Below the pieces are notes generated by a model. It did not search any database, was not told the DNA's origin, and saw nothing but the letters and a program-made list of their open reading frames with translations. DNA of 64,000 nt. Source: Akkermansiaceae bacterium. Its GTDB lineage: Bacteria > Verrucomicrobiota > Verrucomicrobiia > Verrucomicrobiales > Akkermansiaceae. The DNA lies in assembly GCA_051251915.1 (NCBI GenBank), contig JBPOGF010000014.1, forward strand, positions 1-64,000, in the 5' to 3' direction. Shown here in pieces: positions 28,008 through 38,722 of this stretch. The translations under genes and the position numbers were made by a program. Positions within the stretch are counted from its first letter, which is position 1. Each line of letters begins with the position of its first letter.

Positions 28008-31000
28008 TTAGAGGATTGAAGCGTCATTTGTAAATGGTTGCACGTCTTTTATATTTAACCAACGGAAGCTGATGATTATGAACCTACGTCCAAATCCTGA
28101 TTCGTTGGCTTGAGTTGGTTGGATAAGTTTGGCTTCAGTGCCGTCCCAGTCCATGGGCTCTGCGACTCGCTGAACCACGGCTTCACACCATGCTTTAGCT
28201 AGGACTTTTCCTGAGCTATCTACGGAATCTCCATAGGATCTGATGGTGAATGTGTCGCCACGGACGGTAATGCTAGGTCCGATTTTAGTGAGCACATCAG
28301 CTTGTGAGAGGAAGCCTGGTGAGTAGTTCTGGATTAATCCTCCTTCATTATTGATGGTAGAGATAGGATAGCCAAACATTGCTTCAGTTGCAGAGTTATC
28401 GACACTAAAATCGAGAGGTGACCAGTCTTCTGCAGGTTTTATAGTGTGTTTGCCTAAATAGGAAGAATTGTAGTAGTGACTATTGATTAGCTGATCTTGG
28501 AGAGTGGTTTTATTGATCGCAGCTTGGATAGTACCTAAGACTTCTTGGTATACCTGCTCATCACCGCTGACGCTGTTGTCTGGTTGAGGTCTACGGTTTA
28601 CGAAGTCAGCAAGCGATAGGAATGGGCCTCTGAGTTTGACTTCCTGAACTAAACGAGAGGAGAGAGCTGCTAGTTCCGCTTCATTGAGTGTGCGAGTAGA
28701 AGCCCACGCTTGAGGCTCATCGAATGGGGTGTTAAGGCGGTCGTTAGCAACATCTTCAGGTTCCTCTAGGAGTGGAGCTAGGAACCGACCCATCGCTGCA
28801 GCTGTAGCGATGTTGCTATCTTCACCACCTTCTAGAGCTTTGACGTTCTGGCCCAAAGCACCTGACAGAAATGCTTTCCATGATGCTACTGATGTTGAAT
28901 TGACATTGAAACCACCGTTGATGAAAACGTGAGCGGCAGAGAGGTCAAAGCCTTGGTCATTTATTAGATTTGCTGTTTCGCTAGCACTGACGGAGAGGTT
29001 CATTCTGCTGTTAGGAAGTCTCATTCTGTCTGTGAAGGTTGTGCCAGACTGAGGAATGGTGCTGAGGTAGTATTGATCCCAAGTGGAGGCATTTAGTACG
29101 TATGAGAGATCAAACAAATCATCATAAGTGGCTGATTTATATTCTTGGCGATCAAAACGAGTGGGAGCTTGAGCGTTACCGAATGCGTAGTTAGGTTGCC
29201 ATCCGTAGAGTGAGAGGTTGGCATGCTGGAAGCTGCCGAGTGACATTGGTCCAAATTCTCCTGTGGGATAGTCAAAAAATGGGAAAGTCATGTTATTCGC
29301 ATTTGATTGCCACCAGCCGCCTAAGCGATCCATGGAATTATTGTTAAAATAGTTGATAGTGCCCTCCCATGTGGATTTGAAGACATCAGTGGTACGGAAT
29401 GAGAAAGTGTTTAGCCAAGAGGAGGCAGCAAGTGATGATGGCCAGTCATTAGAAGCGGAGAAGCTTTCTTGGCTACGGACGTTCCATTGATTTAGAAATG
29501 AATGAGGCTGTCCTGCGTTAGGAGGTTTATTCATATTTGCTCCACCTTTAAAGACATCAAAGTTACTTGCTAGCATGGATGTGCCTATGTTGATGAGGGC
29601 GTCATTATCTTGAATGTCAGCTAATGGTGATTCTGATGCATTTAGGTAGTTATCTAGGGCTGGGATATATGATTGCCTCCAATGACCATAGCGCTCATTT
29701 CTTTGCGGTTTTTTAAGCGCATGAATTAGGGATGGTTTTCCTGAACTATCTACTGTGTATAAGTTAAGGTGTACTTCATTTGATTCTTCGTCATTGCCGA
29801 TGCCTGATGCAGCAGCTCTAGATCGGAAGCAAGGATCAGTTTGAATCGGGGATCTTGAATCGATGTTTTTTATGACATTTACTGTGGTGGTGGTTCCTTC
29901 TGTAGGAGGGATGATGTAGAAGAACTGATCGAGCGATCCCTCATTAGCAAGAAGGTTGAGCTGCTGTTCATCATCATAATTCTCTAGGATGTCAGTGTCC
30001 GCATCAGGATTGAGGTTGTATATAACTCCGGATAGATTTGAGCCAGAAGTAGGAGGCTTAGCATAAAAGACGAGAGATTCACCAGGCTTAAACGCTTGGG
30101 CTTTGATGACGAAGGTGAAGAAACGCTTATTGTCTTGGTAGACTATGTCCTCGTTGTCAGCTGGCTTGTGTAATGGTAGAGGTTCTTGACCTGAGACTGC
30201 TAACCATGAACTGAAGTATGGTTTTCCATTTGTCCAAGTGAAAGCATCATTATTTCTAACGCCCGCGTCCATATAGAGGATGAAGTTATAGCCAACTTGA
30301 ACAATATAGTCTTGAGCTTCTAGAGGTACGTTGTGCGGGTTCCACAGTTGGATCTGAGGCATGAACATGAAAGCTGTCTCAATTTTTCCAGTGCCGGGAG
30401 TTTTAGGAATATAAGCTTGTTTAAGGAGGACGGCACCTTGTGTGAGGACAGGGTGAAGAGCCGCTTGTTGGCCGCTAGAAGCTGTATTTGGTGCGGTGAC
30501 TGGCTGCTGAGTTGTATGATCTGTAGCGAGATTTGCCCATTGTTTGATGAGGTCGAAGTTTGGGGCTTTAGTGGCTGCTATGTTGAAGCGGGGGTCGATG
30601 ATGGGTTGGTTGTCTAGGCCTGTGTATGTGCCTTTGATGTAGGCAGTGAGGTCTTTTTTGAGTCTGCCGTTGGCTACGTCTACTGGGAGTGAGCGTGAGT
30701 AGTTGGTGAATTTATCTTGGTTGAGGATACTCCAGTTTTCCCATGTTGAGCCGGTGTTTTGGCCGAGGGATTGGAGGGTGTTTGGGGTGATGAGTTTTAG
30801 GAGCTCATTAGGGGTGTCTTTGTAGGTTGGGAGGAGTGAGGTGAAGTTGGTGCCTTGGATGATCTCGTAGTTGCTTTGGCGTTGGGTATCTGCGTCTACT
30901 ACGGTGCCGTCGAGGACCTCTGAGCCATCGATGGCGGCGAGGTTGTCGATTCTGGCTTTCATGCTTTCGTCTGCTACCCAGTAGGCGTAGCGACCGCTGT

Positions 31001-31598
31001 TACTGCTTAGTTGGTTTTCGATGTTTACGAGACCAGCTTGGGCTTTTGTGAGGGTGGAGGGGTCTAAGCTATCGATGTCTTCGCCATCGGGGATGGTGAT
31101 GGTAGGGTCTTTGATGAACTGGGCGAGGGTGACGGTTTCGCCAGTGAGTGCAGATTTAGGATCAAGGGTTGTGGATGAGTCTGGGTGAGAGACGAGCCAA
31201 TCTGTGTTTGCTAGGCTGAATGTGCGTAGTGCGGCAGGGTCTAGGAGTGAGTTGTCTACGTTGCTTGGGTCGATGGTTTTGTATGCGCCGAGCCAGTGGG
31301 GGTTGTAGACGCCATCGATCTCTTCGGTGGAGGGGTCGGTATCATGAATAGCGGCTGTGGCGGTGGCTCTGGCGTCAGGGCCGAGGTTGTCTTGAATTTG
31401 ACCAAGTGCGATGAGTAGTCCCATGCGGGCATTTGCTTGGGCTTCTGCTTGGGCTTTACCTGTTGAGCTGTTTTTTACTTCCACTGAGCTTAAGCTGAGC
31501 ATTCCTACTGCGAGAAGCATGAGTAGGGACATGATCATAATGGTGGAGATGAGTGCGAAGCCTGATGGGGGTTGCACTGTTTTATTGTTGAATTTCAT
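28008..31598 (-). CDS. Large PilX/GspK-like prepilin-domain protein (Verru_Chthon cassette protein A-like)
   Basis: G|FALISTIMIMSLLMLLAVGML class III signal; AYWVADESMKA; GPFLSLADFVNR; RGDTFTIRSYG...AWCEAVVQR. Start placed at MKFNN. Confidence 0.8.
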   Translation of the reverse strand: MKFNNKTVQPPSGFALISTIMIMSLLMLLAVGMLSLSSVEVKNSSTGKAQAEAQANARMGLLIALGQIQDNLGPDARATATAAIHDTDPSTEEIDGVYNPHWLGAYKTIDPSNVDNSLLDPAALRTFSLANTDWLVSHPDSSTTLDPKSALTGETVTLAQFIKDPTITIPDGEDIDSLDPSTLTKAQAGLVNIENQLSSNSGRYAYWVADESMKARIDNLAAIDGSEVLDGTVVDADTQRQSNYEIIQGTNFTSLLPTYKDTPNELLKLITPNTLQSLGQNTGSTWENWSILNQDKFTNYSRSLPVDVANGRLKKDLTAYIKGTYTGLDNQPIIDPRFNIAATKAPNFDLIKQWANLATDHTTQQPVTAPNTASSGQQAALHPVLTQGAVLLKQAYIPKTPGTGKIETAFMFMPQIQLWNPHNVPLEAQDYIVQVGYNFILYMDAGVRNNDAFTWTNGKPYFSSWLAVSGQEPLPLHKPADNEDIVYQDNKRFFTFVIKAQAFKPGESLVFYAKPPTSGSNLSGVIYNLNPDADTDILENYDDEQQLNLLANEGSLDQFFYIIPPTEGTTTTVNVIKNIDSRSPIQTDPCFRSRAAASGIGNDEESNEVHLNLYTVDSSGKPSLIHALKKPQRNERYGHWRQSYIPALDNYLNASESPLADIQDNDALINIGTSMLASNFDVFKGGANMNKPPNAGQPHSFLNQWNVRSQESFSASNDWPSSLAASSWLNTFSFRTTDVFKSTWEGTINYFNNNSMDRLGGWWQSNANNMTFPFFDYPTGEFGPMSLGSFQHANLSLYGWQPNYAFGNAQAPTRFDRQEYKSATYDDLFDLSYVLNASTWDQYYLSTIPQSGTTFTDRMRLPNSRMNLSVSASETANLINDQGFDLSAAHVFINGGFNVNSTSVASWKAFLSGALGQNVKALEGGEDSNIATAAAMGRFLAPLLEEPEDVANDRLNTPFDEPQAWASTRTLNEAELAALSSRLVQEVKLRGPFLSLADFVNRRPQPDNSVSGDEQVYQEVLGTIQAAINKTTLQDQLINSHYYNSSYLGKHTIKPAEDWSPLDFSVDNSATEAMFGYPISTINNEGGLIQNYSPGFLSQADVLTKIGPSITVRGDTFTIRSYGDSVDSSGKVLAKAWCEAVVQRVAEPMDWDGTEAKLIQPTQANESGFGRRFIIISFRWLNIKDVQPFTNDASIL

Positions 31599-31763
31599 GA
31601 TGATTTGGTGGATGGAATGGATGTTTCGGATTTGGAACAAAAGCAGATCCGATGTATTTACATATGCAGTAGGGTAGTTGATTTTTTTATAATGTCTACT
31701 GGATAATTGGCTAGTTTTTTAATTTGGTTAGGTTTTTTCTGTTTTTGATGTGGGGGCCGATGC

Positions 31764-31795
31764 AAAAAAAGGCCACCCTTTTACAGGGAGGCCTT
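31764..31795 (-). terminator. Intrinsic terminator after the PEP-CTERM gene
   Basis: Minus strand AAGGCCTCCCT-GTAAA-AGGGTGGCC-TTTTTTT. Confidence 0.75.
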
Positions 31796-31821
31796 GGGAA
31801 TTCTTTAATATTTAATGTGGA

Positions 31822-32634
31822 TTACTTGCGGCGACGTAAGATGAGAGAGAGTCCACCGAGTCCGAGAAGAGCTGTAGAGGATGGCTCTGGGATAGCGTTG
31901 ATGCTGATGTTATCAAAATATCCCCCAGCTGCTGCAGATTCACCAGTGATTTTAACATAGGAAAGTTCTGTAAAAGTGCTGCCGTCATATGTGGCTAGTG
32001 AGTTGGTAGTGAATGGGTCACGGAAACTTCCGTCGCCTGTGATTACCCAGCCGTCAGAGCTAATTGTTAGCTCGTATGTAGCTCCATTACCATTGTATCC
32101 GTCTGCGTGATTAGAGTCACCAGCGTTGTAATATTGGTCAGGTACAGGTCCTGAAGCTAAGTCAGCGGCAAGGATCGCTGTAGATCCTCCTGTGCTGGTA
32201 GCGTAGCCAGGCTTTTGGCGATCCGCTCCTGAATTGCCAAACTCATCGTTTTCACCTAGTACTAGTTGGAAGATGATGACATCGTTGGCATCGTATCCTG
32301 TAACGTAGTGGGACTTGTTGGCGCCGTTGGTGCGTCTAATGCCAAAATCAAAAGAGATGACGGCTGTGGCCCCTCCAACAAGTGATGCATCAGCAGTGGT
32401 GCTGAGTGTGATGTCTGTGGCGTCAGTGGTGCCAGCATCACTAGATGGGTCTGCAAAGAGTGCGTTAGTGCCAGTGCCAGTTGAGATCTGAGTATTGAAA
32501 CCAGCGTTGTAAGTGATAGATCCTGTGTTTGCAGTGAGAGCTGCATCAAAATCTGCCTCAAAGACGATGATTGCTTGAGCTGATGTGGATAGAGCTGCTG
32601 TAATGCAGGCTATTTTTAGTGCTTTATTTTTCAT
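31822..32634 (-). CDS. PEP-CTERM sorting-domain surface protein
   Basis: IPEPSSTALLGLGGLSLILRRRK; signal peptide. Confidence 0.95.
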   Translation of the reverse strand: MKNKALKIACITAALSTSAQAIIVFEADFDAALTANTGSITYNAGFNTQISTGTGTNALFADPSSDAGTTDATDITLSTTADASLVGGATAVISFDFGIRRTNGANKSHYVTGYDANDVIIFQLVLGENDEFGNSGADRQKPGYATSTGGSTAILAADLASGPVPDQYYNAGDSNHADGYNGNGATYELTISSDGWVITGDGSFRDPFTTNSLATYDGSTFTELSYVKITGESAAAGGYFDNISINAIPEPSSTALLGLGGLSLILRRRK

Positions 32635-32790
32635 TTTATAGTGTGTGTTTAGTGCGTGGTTGTTTGAAAAGTTGGTCTGTAGTTAATGGTTAACACTGGG
32701 TTGTATCTGATATATTGCTCAGGTTTTGGTACAGTAGTCAACTAGTCAAACGGCTAGTTTTTTTAGGAGAGTTATATTTACTTGTTGAGT

Positions 32791-33474
32791 CTAAATAATT
32801 CCTTTGCGGATTCCTTTGGCTACGGCGGCGGCTTGGGATTGGACGTTGAGTTTTTTGTAGGTGTTGGCTACGTGGAATTTGATGGTGTGTGGGGAGAGGT
32901 GTAAGATGGAGGATATTTCTTTGATGGATTTTCCTTCTGCGAGGAGTTCTAAGGCTTCGATTTCACGGTCTGTTAGATCATATTCTTCTGGGGTGGTTGT
33001 GCTGTTTCTGTTGGCGTTCTTTTTGCCATTACTTTTAGGGAAAGCGCCGAGAATCATGGATGCTACATGTGGGTCTAGTGATGCGCCACCAGCCATGACG
33101 TCTTGGATGCCTGAGATGATTTGGTCGATGCCGGTGTTTTTGAGTTGGTAGCCTGATGCTCCTTTAGAGATGGCGTTGAAGACATCTTTTTGCTGGTCAG
33201 ATCCGGTGAGGACGATGAAGCGGATATCTGGGTAAATGGCTTTGATGTGTTCTATTCCTTCTATTCCTGACATGCCTGGAAGAGATAGGTCCATGAGGAT
33301 GAGTTTGGGTAGCCGAGCTGCTTTTGGGAGATACTCGATGGCTTCTTCACAGGTTGAGAAATCACGGGTTGCTTGGATGTTAGGTGTTTCATTGAGTGTT
33401 TCTGCGAGGTTGGAGCGGAATGGGGCGTTGTCTTCAATGATCCAGATGATGGTGGTGGCGAGTGGTTTTGTCAT
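32791..33474 (-). CDS. NarL/LuxR-family response regulator
   Basis: IIED...LMDLSLPGMSG receiver domain; LTDREIEAL...TIKFHVANTYKKL HTH. Confidence 0.95.
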   Translation of the reverse strand: MTKPLATTIIWIIEDNAPFRSNLAETLNETPNIQATRDFSTCEEAIEYLPKAARLPKLILMDLSLPGMSGIEGIEHIKAIYPDIRFIVLTGSDQQKDVFNAISKGASGYQLKNTGIDQIISGIQDVMAGGASLDPHVASMILGAFPKSNGKKNANRNSTTTPEEYDLTDREIEALELLAEGKSIKEISSILHLSPHTIKFHVANTYKKLNVQSQAAAVAKGIRKGII

Positions 33475-35579
33475 GATGTGTGAGTGGTGAGTGGCATGTT
33501 AAGTTTGATTTCTGTGCCTTTTCCTGGTGAGCTGTGGATGGTGAGGTCTGCGCCGAGGAGTTTAGCACGTTGTTCCATGTTGAGCAAACCTCTGCCGGAT
33601 TCGCTGCTGGTTAGGATGCCTTTAGAGGAGTCGAAGCCGATGCCATCATCTTGGAGGGTGAGGGTGAGGGATGAAGGGGTGATCTCTGCTGTGATGAGGA
33701 TGTTTTGCGCTTGGGCGTATTTGGCGCAGTTGAAGAGGGCTTCTTTGACGAGGAGGATGATGTTGCGACGCATGTTGACTGGGACAATGGAGTCGCGGTA
33801 TTCGCTTTGGAAGGCGTAGGTGAGGTTGCAGTCACTGGTAACGCTTTGTGCTGTACGTTTGATTTGTAGTAAGAGGTCAGATAGCTTTACGTGTTTAGTG
33901 TCAGTGTGCCAGATGATTTCTTTGATGGAGATGTAGCTTTCCTGGGAGAGGTGGTCGATCTCGCGCAGTTTTTCCTGTGATTTTGTGTCGCTGGAGAGTT
34001 TGCGTAGTCTGTTAGAAATCATGGAGATGGTTCCTAGGTTTCCGCTGATGTCATCGTGTAGGTCTGCTGATATTTGTTTTTGGAGAGTGAGGATCTCTTG
34101 TTCTTTCTGATGTTTCATATTTACCAAGATGAGGATGAATATGATGATGCTGAGTAAGGCTAGTGCGATACCAATGGTCCAGCGTCTTTGGGCTTGGGTG
34201 GCTCTTGCGATGGTTAATTTCTGGATGACTTGGTTGTGGGCGTTTTCTACGAGGGCTCTTTTGGCTAGTTGCTCTATGTGTAGCTGGTCTGATGTGATGG
34301 TGTGGGAGTTGGTGAAGCCGTCTATTAGTAGTGATATGGAGTTGGTGTTGATGTCGGGTGAGGATTGATTTTGCGGATGGGATGTGATGTTGATTTTTTT
34401 ATCAAGTTGGAGCATGTCTTGGTCTTCATTAGTATCTCCAATAATCCGCATTTCTCCGATGGCGAGGACGGGGTGGTCATTGTAGATGGGGAATTTAGTG
34501 AAGATAAAGCGGACGAAACGGGCTTCATCTGAGTGGAAGTAGTGGCGTCTTACTTTTTCACGGTCACCGTGTTCAAAGGTCTCGGAGCGGATGATGGTAT
34601 TAGGGTTTAGGTGGCTTAGGATTTGGACTTGGTATTGCTGAGGTAGTGGTATGGATGGGGTGGGTGAACTGGGGTCATGGGCTGCGTAGAGCTCGACGCT
34701 GCCTAGGCTGCATGCTTTGCCAAGGTCAATGGTGATGGTGGTGTTGTTGTGTAGGTGTTTGAAATAATGGATGTAGTCGCCAATTTTTTGTGGGGTTGGG
34801 TGTGGTTTTCCGCCGAGTAATTTTCCGGTGTGGTAGGTGTTGTCTACTAGGTAATCTATGCTCCAGTAGGGGTTGACCTCATAGGAATCTGAGTATGATA
34901 TCTCCTTTGCTACTGGGGGAGCGATGTTGCTGTCATTGCGAAATGCTAGTAGCTCATCTAGGGCGAAGAAATTCATATTTTTGTCTGAGGTGCCTTTAGT
35001 CACTGTCAGTCTAATTCTGTCGCACTGGATGTCATTTGTATTAAAAATGACTGGAGATAGTCCAGGGTCTGGGAAGTCTTGTGTGGTCCAGTCCACGATG
35101 GTGATGGGAGTTTGTGGGGCTTCTTTGCGGAATATATCGATCTTAAATCGTTTTGGGAAACCGTAGTTGGATGTGGTGGAGTGTTTGTAGTAGAGTGCTG
35201 GGACGAGCGCGATTCCATCCAGTTTGATGTTATTGTTTTTATTTATTGTGAGGTCAACCCAAGCTTCAGGAGGGTTGTCTTGATCAGTGTTAGATGCTGA
35301 TGTGGGGATGGGGCAGAGGAAGCCGAAATTTTTCTGAGGTGGGGAGGTTTTGCTGGCAGGTGTGGGGTAGCGCTCTAGTTGTGAGCGGAGCCAGGATTCT
35401 TGTATGATGAGAGCGTCGACGTTATTTTTGGGAGTGAGTTCGGTTTCGGTGTAGCGATTGTCGGCGTGCTGGATGTCATCTGGAGTGTGCGGGTGGGACT
35501 CGCGTGCCAGCTCTAGGTCTTGAGAGAATGAGGTAGCCACCATGAGAAAGAACGCTATGATGGTGTATGGGATTCTCAT
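33471..35579 (-). CDS. HisKA_3 sensor histidine kinase with extracellular discoidin-like domains
   Basis: ADLHDDIS H-box, EALFNCAKYA, DDGIGF, GRGLLNM; single TM; FPKRFKI discoidin-type strands. Confidence 0.92.
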   Translation of the reverse strand: MRIPYTIIAFFLMVATSFSQDLELARESHPHTPDDIQHADNRYTETELTPKNNVDALIIQESWLRSQLERYPTPASKTSPPQKNFGFLCPIPTSASNTDQDNPPEAWVDLTINKNNNIKLDGIALVPALYYKHSTTSNYGFPKRFKIDIFRKEAPQTPITIVDWTTQDFPDPGLSPVIFNTNDIQCDRIRLTVTKGTSDKNMNFFALDELLAFRNDSNIAPPVAKEISYSDSYEVNPYWSIDYLVDNTYHTGKLLGGKPHPTPQKIGDYIHYFKHLHNNTTITIDLGKACSLGSVELYAAHDPSSPTPSIPLPQQYQVQILSHLNPNTIIRSETFEHGDREKVRRHYFHSDEARFVRFIFTKFPIYNDHPVLAIGEMRIIGDTNEDQDMLQLDKKINITSHPQNQSSPDINTNSISLLIDGFTNSHTITSDQLHIEQLAKRALVENAHNQVIQKLTIARATQAQRRWTIGIALALLSIIIFILILVNMKHQKEQEILTLQKQISADLHDDISGNLGTISMISNRLRKLSSDTKSQEKLREIDHLSQESYISIKEIIWHTDTKHVKLSDLLLQIKRTAQSVTSDCNLTYAFQSEYRDSIVPVNMRRNIILLVKEALFNCAKYAQAQNILITAEITPSSLTLTLQDDGIGFDSSKGILTSSESGRGLLNMEQRAKLLGADLTIHSSPGKGTEIKLNMPLTTHTS

Positions 35580-35667
35580 GATTTGTCTAGGATTGTAGAT
35601 GCTATTAATATGAGAAAATATGGATCTGTTAGCAATACATAAGTATGTGCTGGGGGGGGGAGGTTAG

Positions 35668-36825
35668 CTAGCGGAGGGTTTGGAGGATGGCGGTTTTGAT
35701 GGCGGGGTTGCCGTGGTCAGATTCTAGGTGGGTGCAGGAGGCGGTGAGGTGGGGGTTGTTTTTAAAGGATGCGATGTTGTTGAGGTCTTGGCTGAACTTG
35801 GAGACTACGCCGTCGCCGCGGAACTTGGGTGAGGAGAGGTTTAGGGGTGATGAGATTTTGTCGAGTTTGCCTAGTCCGTTGCGTGCTAGGTCGAGGAGGT
35901 TGTCTGCTATGGCGGTGTTGGTGAAGTTGCCAGACTGGATGACGGAGAAGTCTTTTTTGAGTTTGTGCCAGTCGTAGTTGAGGATGTTTTCTTCGGTGAT
36001 GATGCAGTGGTAGGTGATGTCTGTGGGGTAGGGTGAATTTGCGAGTTGGTCTAGGTAGTTGCCATTTTCAGGTTCGGCGAGCATGAGGGCGCATTGGGAA
36101 TTGATATCGATGCCGGCTTCGTTGCCCCATTGTTCTAGCTGGCCAGTGAATTTACCGAGTGTGTAGGCGGTGGCGGCTCTGGTTCCTTTTGAGACGAAAT
36201 TTCCGCTGGTGTCTGACTGCATGGCGGTGAGCAGGGACTTGAGATTGTGGTAGCTGACGGATAGCCATGCGTGTTCGCTGCCTAGGTGTGGGGTGGAGAC
36301 GGTGGTGAGTGAGGCGATGTGGTGTTGTTCTGGGTGCTTAGAGAGATACTCGCGGCTGACTATTCCTCCGGCGCTGAAGGAGATGAGGCGGACTTTGTCG
36401 CAGTTATGGCGGCTGATGACGCGGGCGATGGTTTTTTCTAGGAGTATGGCAGAGTCGCGGATGTCTCTGGTGCCTTTGTCTGGGAGGGAGAGGGTGTAGA
36501 GGGCGGTTTGTCCTTTGGTGATGTTTTTTGGGGCTGATAGTTGGAGTTGGTTGTCTTGGTCAGCGTTGAAACTTCCCATGTTGATGGTGCCTTGTTGTTC
36601 GAGTTCGCTGATGAGGTGGATGTCGGCCCAGAAGTTAGAGCTCTGGTTGAACCCGTGGACGAGGATGATGGGTGGCTCTGTGCTGATGACGCGGGAGGTG
36701 CCTAGTTGGGTGATTATTTTAGGATTCACTAGCATCATCGCGGCGATGATGGCTGCGATGATGAGGAGTGGGGCTAGGCATTTTTTCATGAGGTGCATTT
36801 TAGGCATGGATTGGGATGAGTCCAA
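35668..36825 (-). CDS. Alpha/beta hydrolase (lipase/esterase-like), membrane-anchored
   Basis: LVHGF, SFSAGG elbow, TPHLGS, GDGVV. Likely start is MKKCL (36789). Confidence 0.8.
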   Translation of the reverse strand: MDSSQSMPKMHLMKKCLAPLLIIAAIIAAMMLVNPKIITQLGTSRVISTEPPIILVHGFNQSSNFWADIHLISELEQQGTINMGSFNADQDNQLQLSAPKNITKGQTALYTLSLPDKGTRDIRDSAILLEKTIARVISRHNCDKVRLISFSAGGIVSREYLSKHPEQHHIASLTTVSTPHLGSEHAWLSVSYHNLKSLLTAMQSDTSGNFVSKGTRAATAYTLGKFTGQLEQWGNEAGIDINSQCALMLAEPENGNYLDQLANSPYPTDITYHCIITEENILNYDWHKLKKDFSVIQSGNFTNTAIADNLLDLARNGLGKLDKISSPLNLSSPKFRGDGVVSKFSQDLNNIASFKNNPHLTASCTHLESDHGNPAIKTAILQTLR

Positions 36826-36904
36826 TTGTTTTTAGTGATGTGAACTATCATTTGTCTAGATGTTGGCTTGACGTGTAGGGGGGGAGGAATCAGGTTTCTA
36901 GGAG

Positions 36905-37951
36905 ATGAAGGAATGGCAATATAAGTTAGCGAAGGGGATGCTTTTTAAGTTGGATGCAGAGCAGGCGCACCATGTGAGCATGAGTATACTGAGGCGCGCG
37001 GAGAGTCTGAAGTTGTTGAAGTTTCTGACAAAGAATACGGTAAAAACGCATACTCAGCCGGTGGAGTGCATGGGGCTGACATTTCCGAATCCTGTGGGGC
37101 TTGCGGCCGGGCTTGATAAGGAGGGGAATACGATTGATGCGTTGGGGAGATTGGGTTTTGGTTTTATAGAGATAGGGACGATTACGCCGCTTCCGCAGGT
37201 GGGGAATCCGACGCCGAGGTTGTTTAGGATCATTGAGGAGGAGGCGATTATTAACCGTATGGGTTTCAATAATTGTGGGGTGGATAAGGGTGTGGAGAAT
37301 GTGAGGGCGGCGAAGACTTATAAGCAGAATGGTGGGGTTGTAGGATTTAATATTGGTAAGAATAAGCTGACTCCGAACGAGGATGCGGTGAGTGATTACA
37401 TCAAGGCGCTACGGGGGTGCTGGGGGGTGGCTGATTATGTGACGGTGAATATTTCATCGCCAAATACTCCTGGTTTGAGGGATCTGCAGGCAGCTGATGA
37501 TACGGCGAGGTTGTTGGAGGCTCTTAAGATTGAGCAGCAGAGATTGATGGCTGAGACGGGCTTGAAGATGCCGATAGCGCTGAAGGTTGCGCCGGATATG
37601 GGTGAGGAGCAGATCGCGGATTTGAGCAGAGTGTTTATGGACGGAGGTCTGGAAGGGCTGATTGCTACGAATACTACGATCGATAGAGAATCCGTGAAGG
37701 GTAAGCCTTTTGCGAAGCAGGCTGGTGGTTTGTCTGGTGCTCCGGTGACTAAGAAGTCAACTGAGGTGATCTCGGCGTTTCATAGCCATTTGGGAGATCG
37801 GGTGCCGATTATTGGGGTGGGGGGAATCATGTGCGCGGAAGATGCGAAAGAGAAGTTTGCGGCGGGGGCTAAACTGGTGCAACTTTACACAGGGTTTATT
37901 TATCACGGGCCGCCTTTAGTGCAGAATATTTTGGCATCATTAAATAAATGA
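36905..37951 (+). CDS. pyrD: Quinone-dependent dihydroorotate dehydrogenase
   Basis: GLAAGLDK, INRMGFNN, NISSPNTPGLR, GGLSG. Confidence 0.97.
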   Translation: MKEWQYKLAKGMLFKLDAEQAHHVSMSILRRAESLKLLKFLTKNTVKTHTQPVECMGLTFPNPVGLAAGLDKEGNTIDALGRLGFGFIEIGTITPLPQVGNPTPRLFRIIEEEAIINRMGFNNCGVDKGVENVRAAKTYKQNGGVVGFNIGKNKLTPNEDAVSDYIKALRGCWGVADYVTVNISSPNTPGLRDLQAADDTARLLEALKIEQQRLMAETGLKMPIALKVAPDMGEEQIADLSRVFMDGGLEGLIATNTTIDRESVKGKPFAKQAGGLSGAPVTKKSTEVISAFHSHLGDRVPIIGVGGIMCAEDAKEKFAAGAKLVQLYTGFIYHGPPLVQNILASLNK

Positions 37952-38104
37952 AGGCATTTGGGCTAGTATGATATGACACGAGTTACATAAATCCGTTCAA
38001 AATTTATCATAAAAATGTTATTTTTTCTCATGATCGTTGAAAAAGAGTGACTTCTTTCAATTTTCTCTGGTAAAAATGGAAGAAAAGTCACATTATTTTT
38101 TCAG

Positions 38105-38722
38105 ATGCAAAACGATTCAAAGACAAATACGAGGGAAGGGAATCTGGGGTTAGTAGGTCGTCGTCGTTTTATGGGATGGATGTCAGCAGCAGCCTGTGGC
38201 GCAATGTTTAGTGTCAGGGAGGCGAAAGCTGGATTATTCTATAGTACGAGACCTGTTGAAGGGATTCCGCAGTCATGGGTAGATGCAAAGGGGCTAGACG
38301 TCCTGCGCTATGCTAACTATATCAAGGGTTTAAAGCTTAAGAATGTATCACCTTATGCGGTGTTATACCCACATTTTAAGACAAGAGGTAGAAATACGAA
38401 CAGTTTGCCACCACGCTATATGTGGAGGAACATTGCGGCGACATTGAGAGTGATTGACGCGCTTGCGTCTAGGATGCGAGCTTTACCGAAGCCGTTGGTC
38501 TCAGTCTATAGAAGTCCTACTTATAACCGTGCAGTGAGGGGGCGGTCTCAGTCCCAGCATCTTGTAAATACGGCGGTTGACGTTCAGTTTAATGGAGTTT
38601 CTGCTTATACTGTGTCTGCAGTGGCCAGAAAGATGCGTGCTGAAGGTGCATTTAAAGGTGGCGTTGGTAGATATAGTTCATTCACGCATGTGGATACCAG
38701 GGGGCATAACGCTGACTGGTGA
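38105..38722 (+). CDS. Peptidase M15A/YcbK-like D-Ala-D-Ala metallopeptidase with Tat signal
   Basis: RRRFM signal; SVYRSPTYN, SQH...AVD, HVDTRG. Confidence 0.85.
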   Translation: MQNDSKTNTREGNLGLVGRRRFMGWMSAAACGAMFSVREAKAGLFYSTRPVEGIPQSWVDAKGLDVLRYANYIKGLKLKNVSPYAVLYPHFKTRGRNTNSLPPRYMWRNIAATLRVIDALASRMRALPKPLVSVYRSPTYNRAVRGRSQSQHLVNTAVDVQFNGVSAYTVSAVARKMRAEGAFKGGVGRYSSFTHVDTRGHNADW

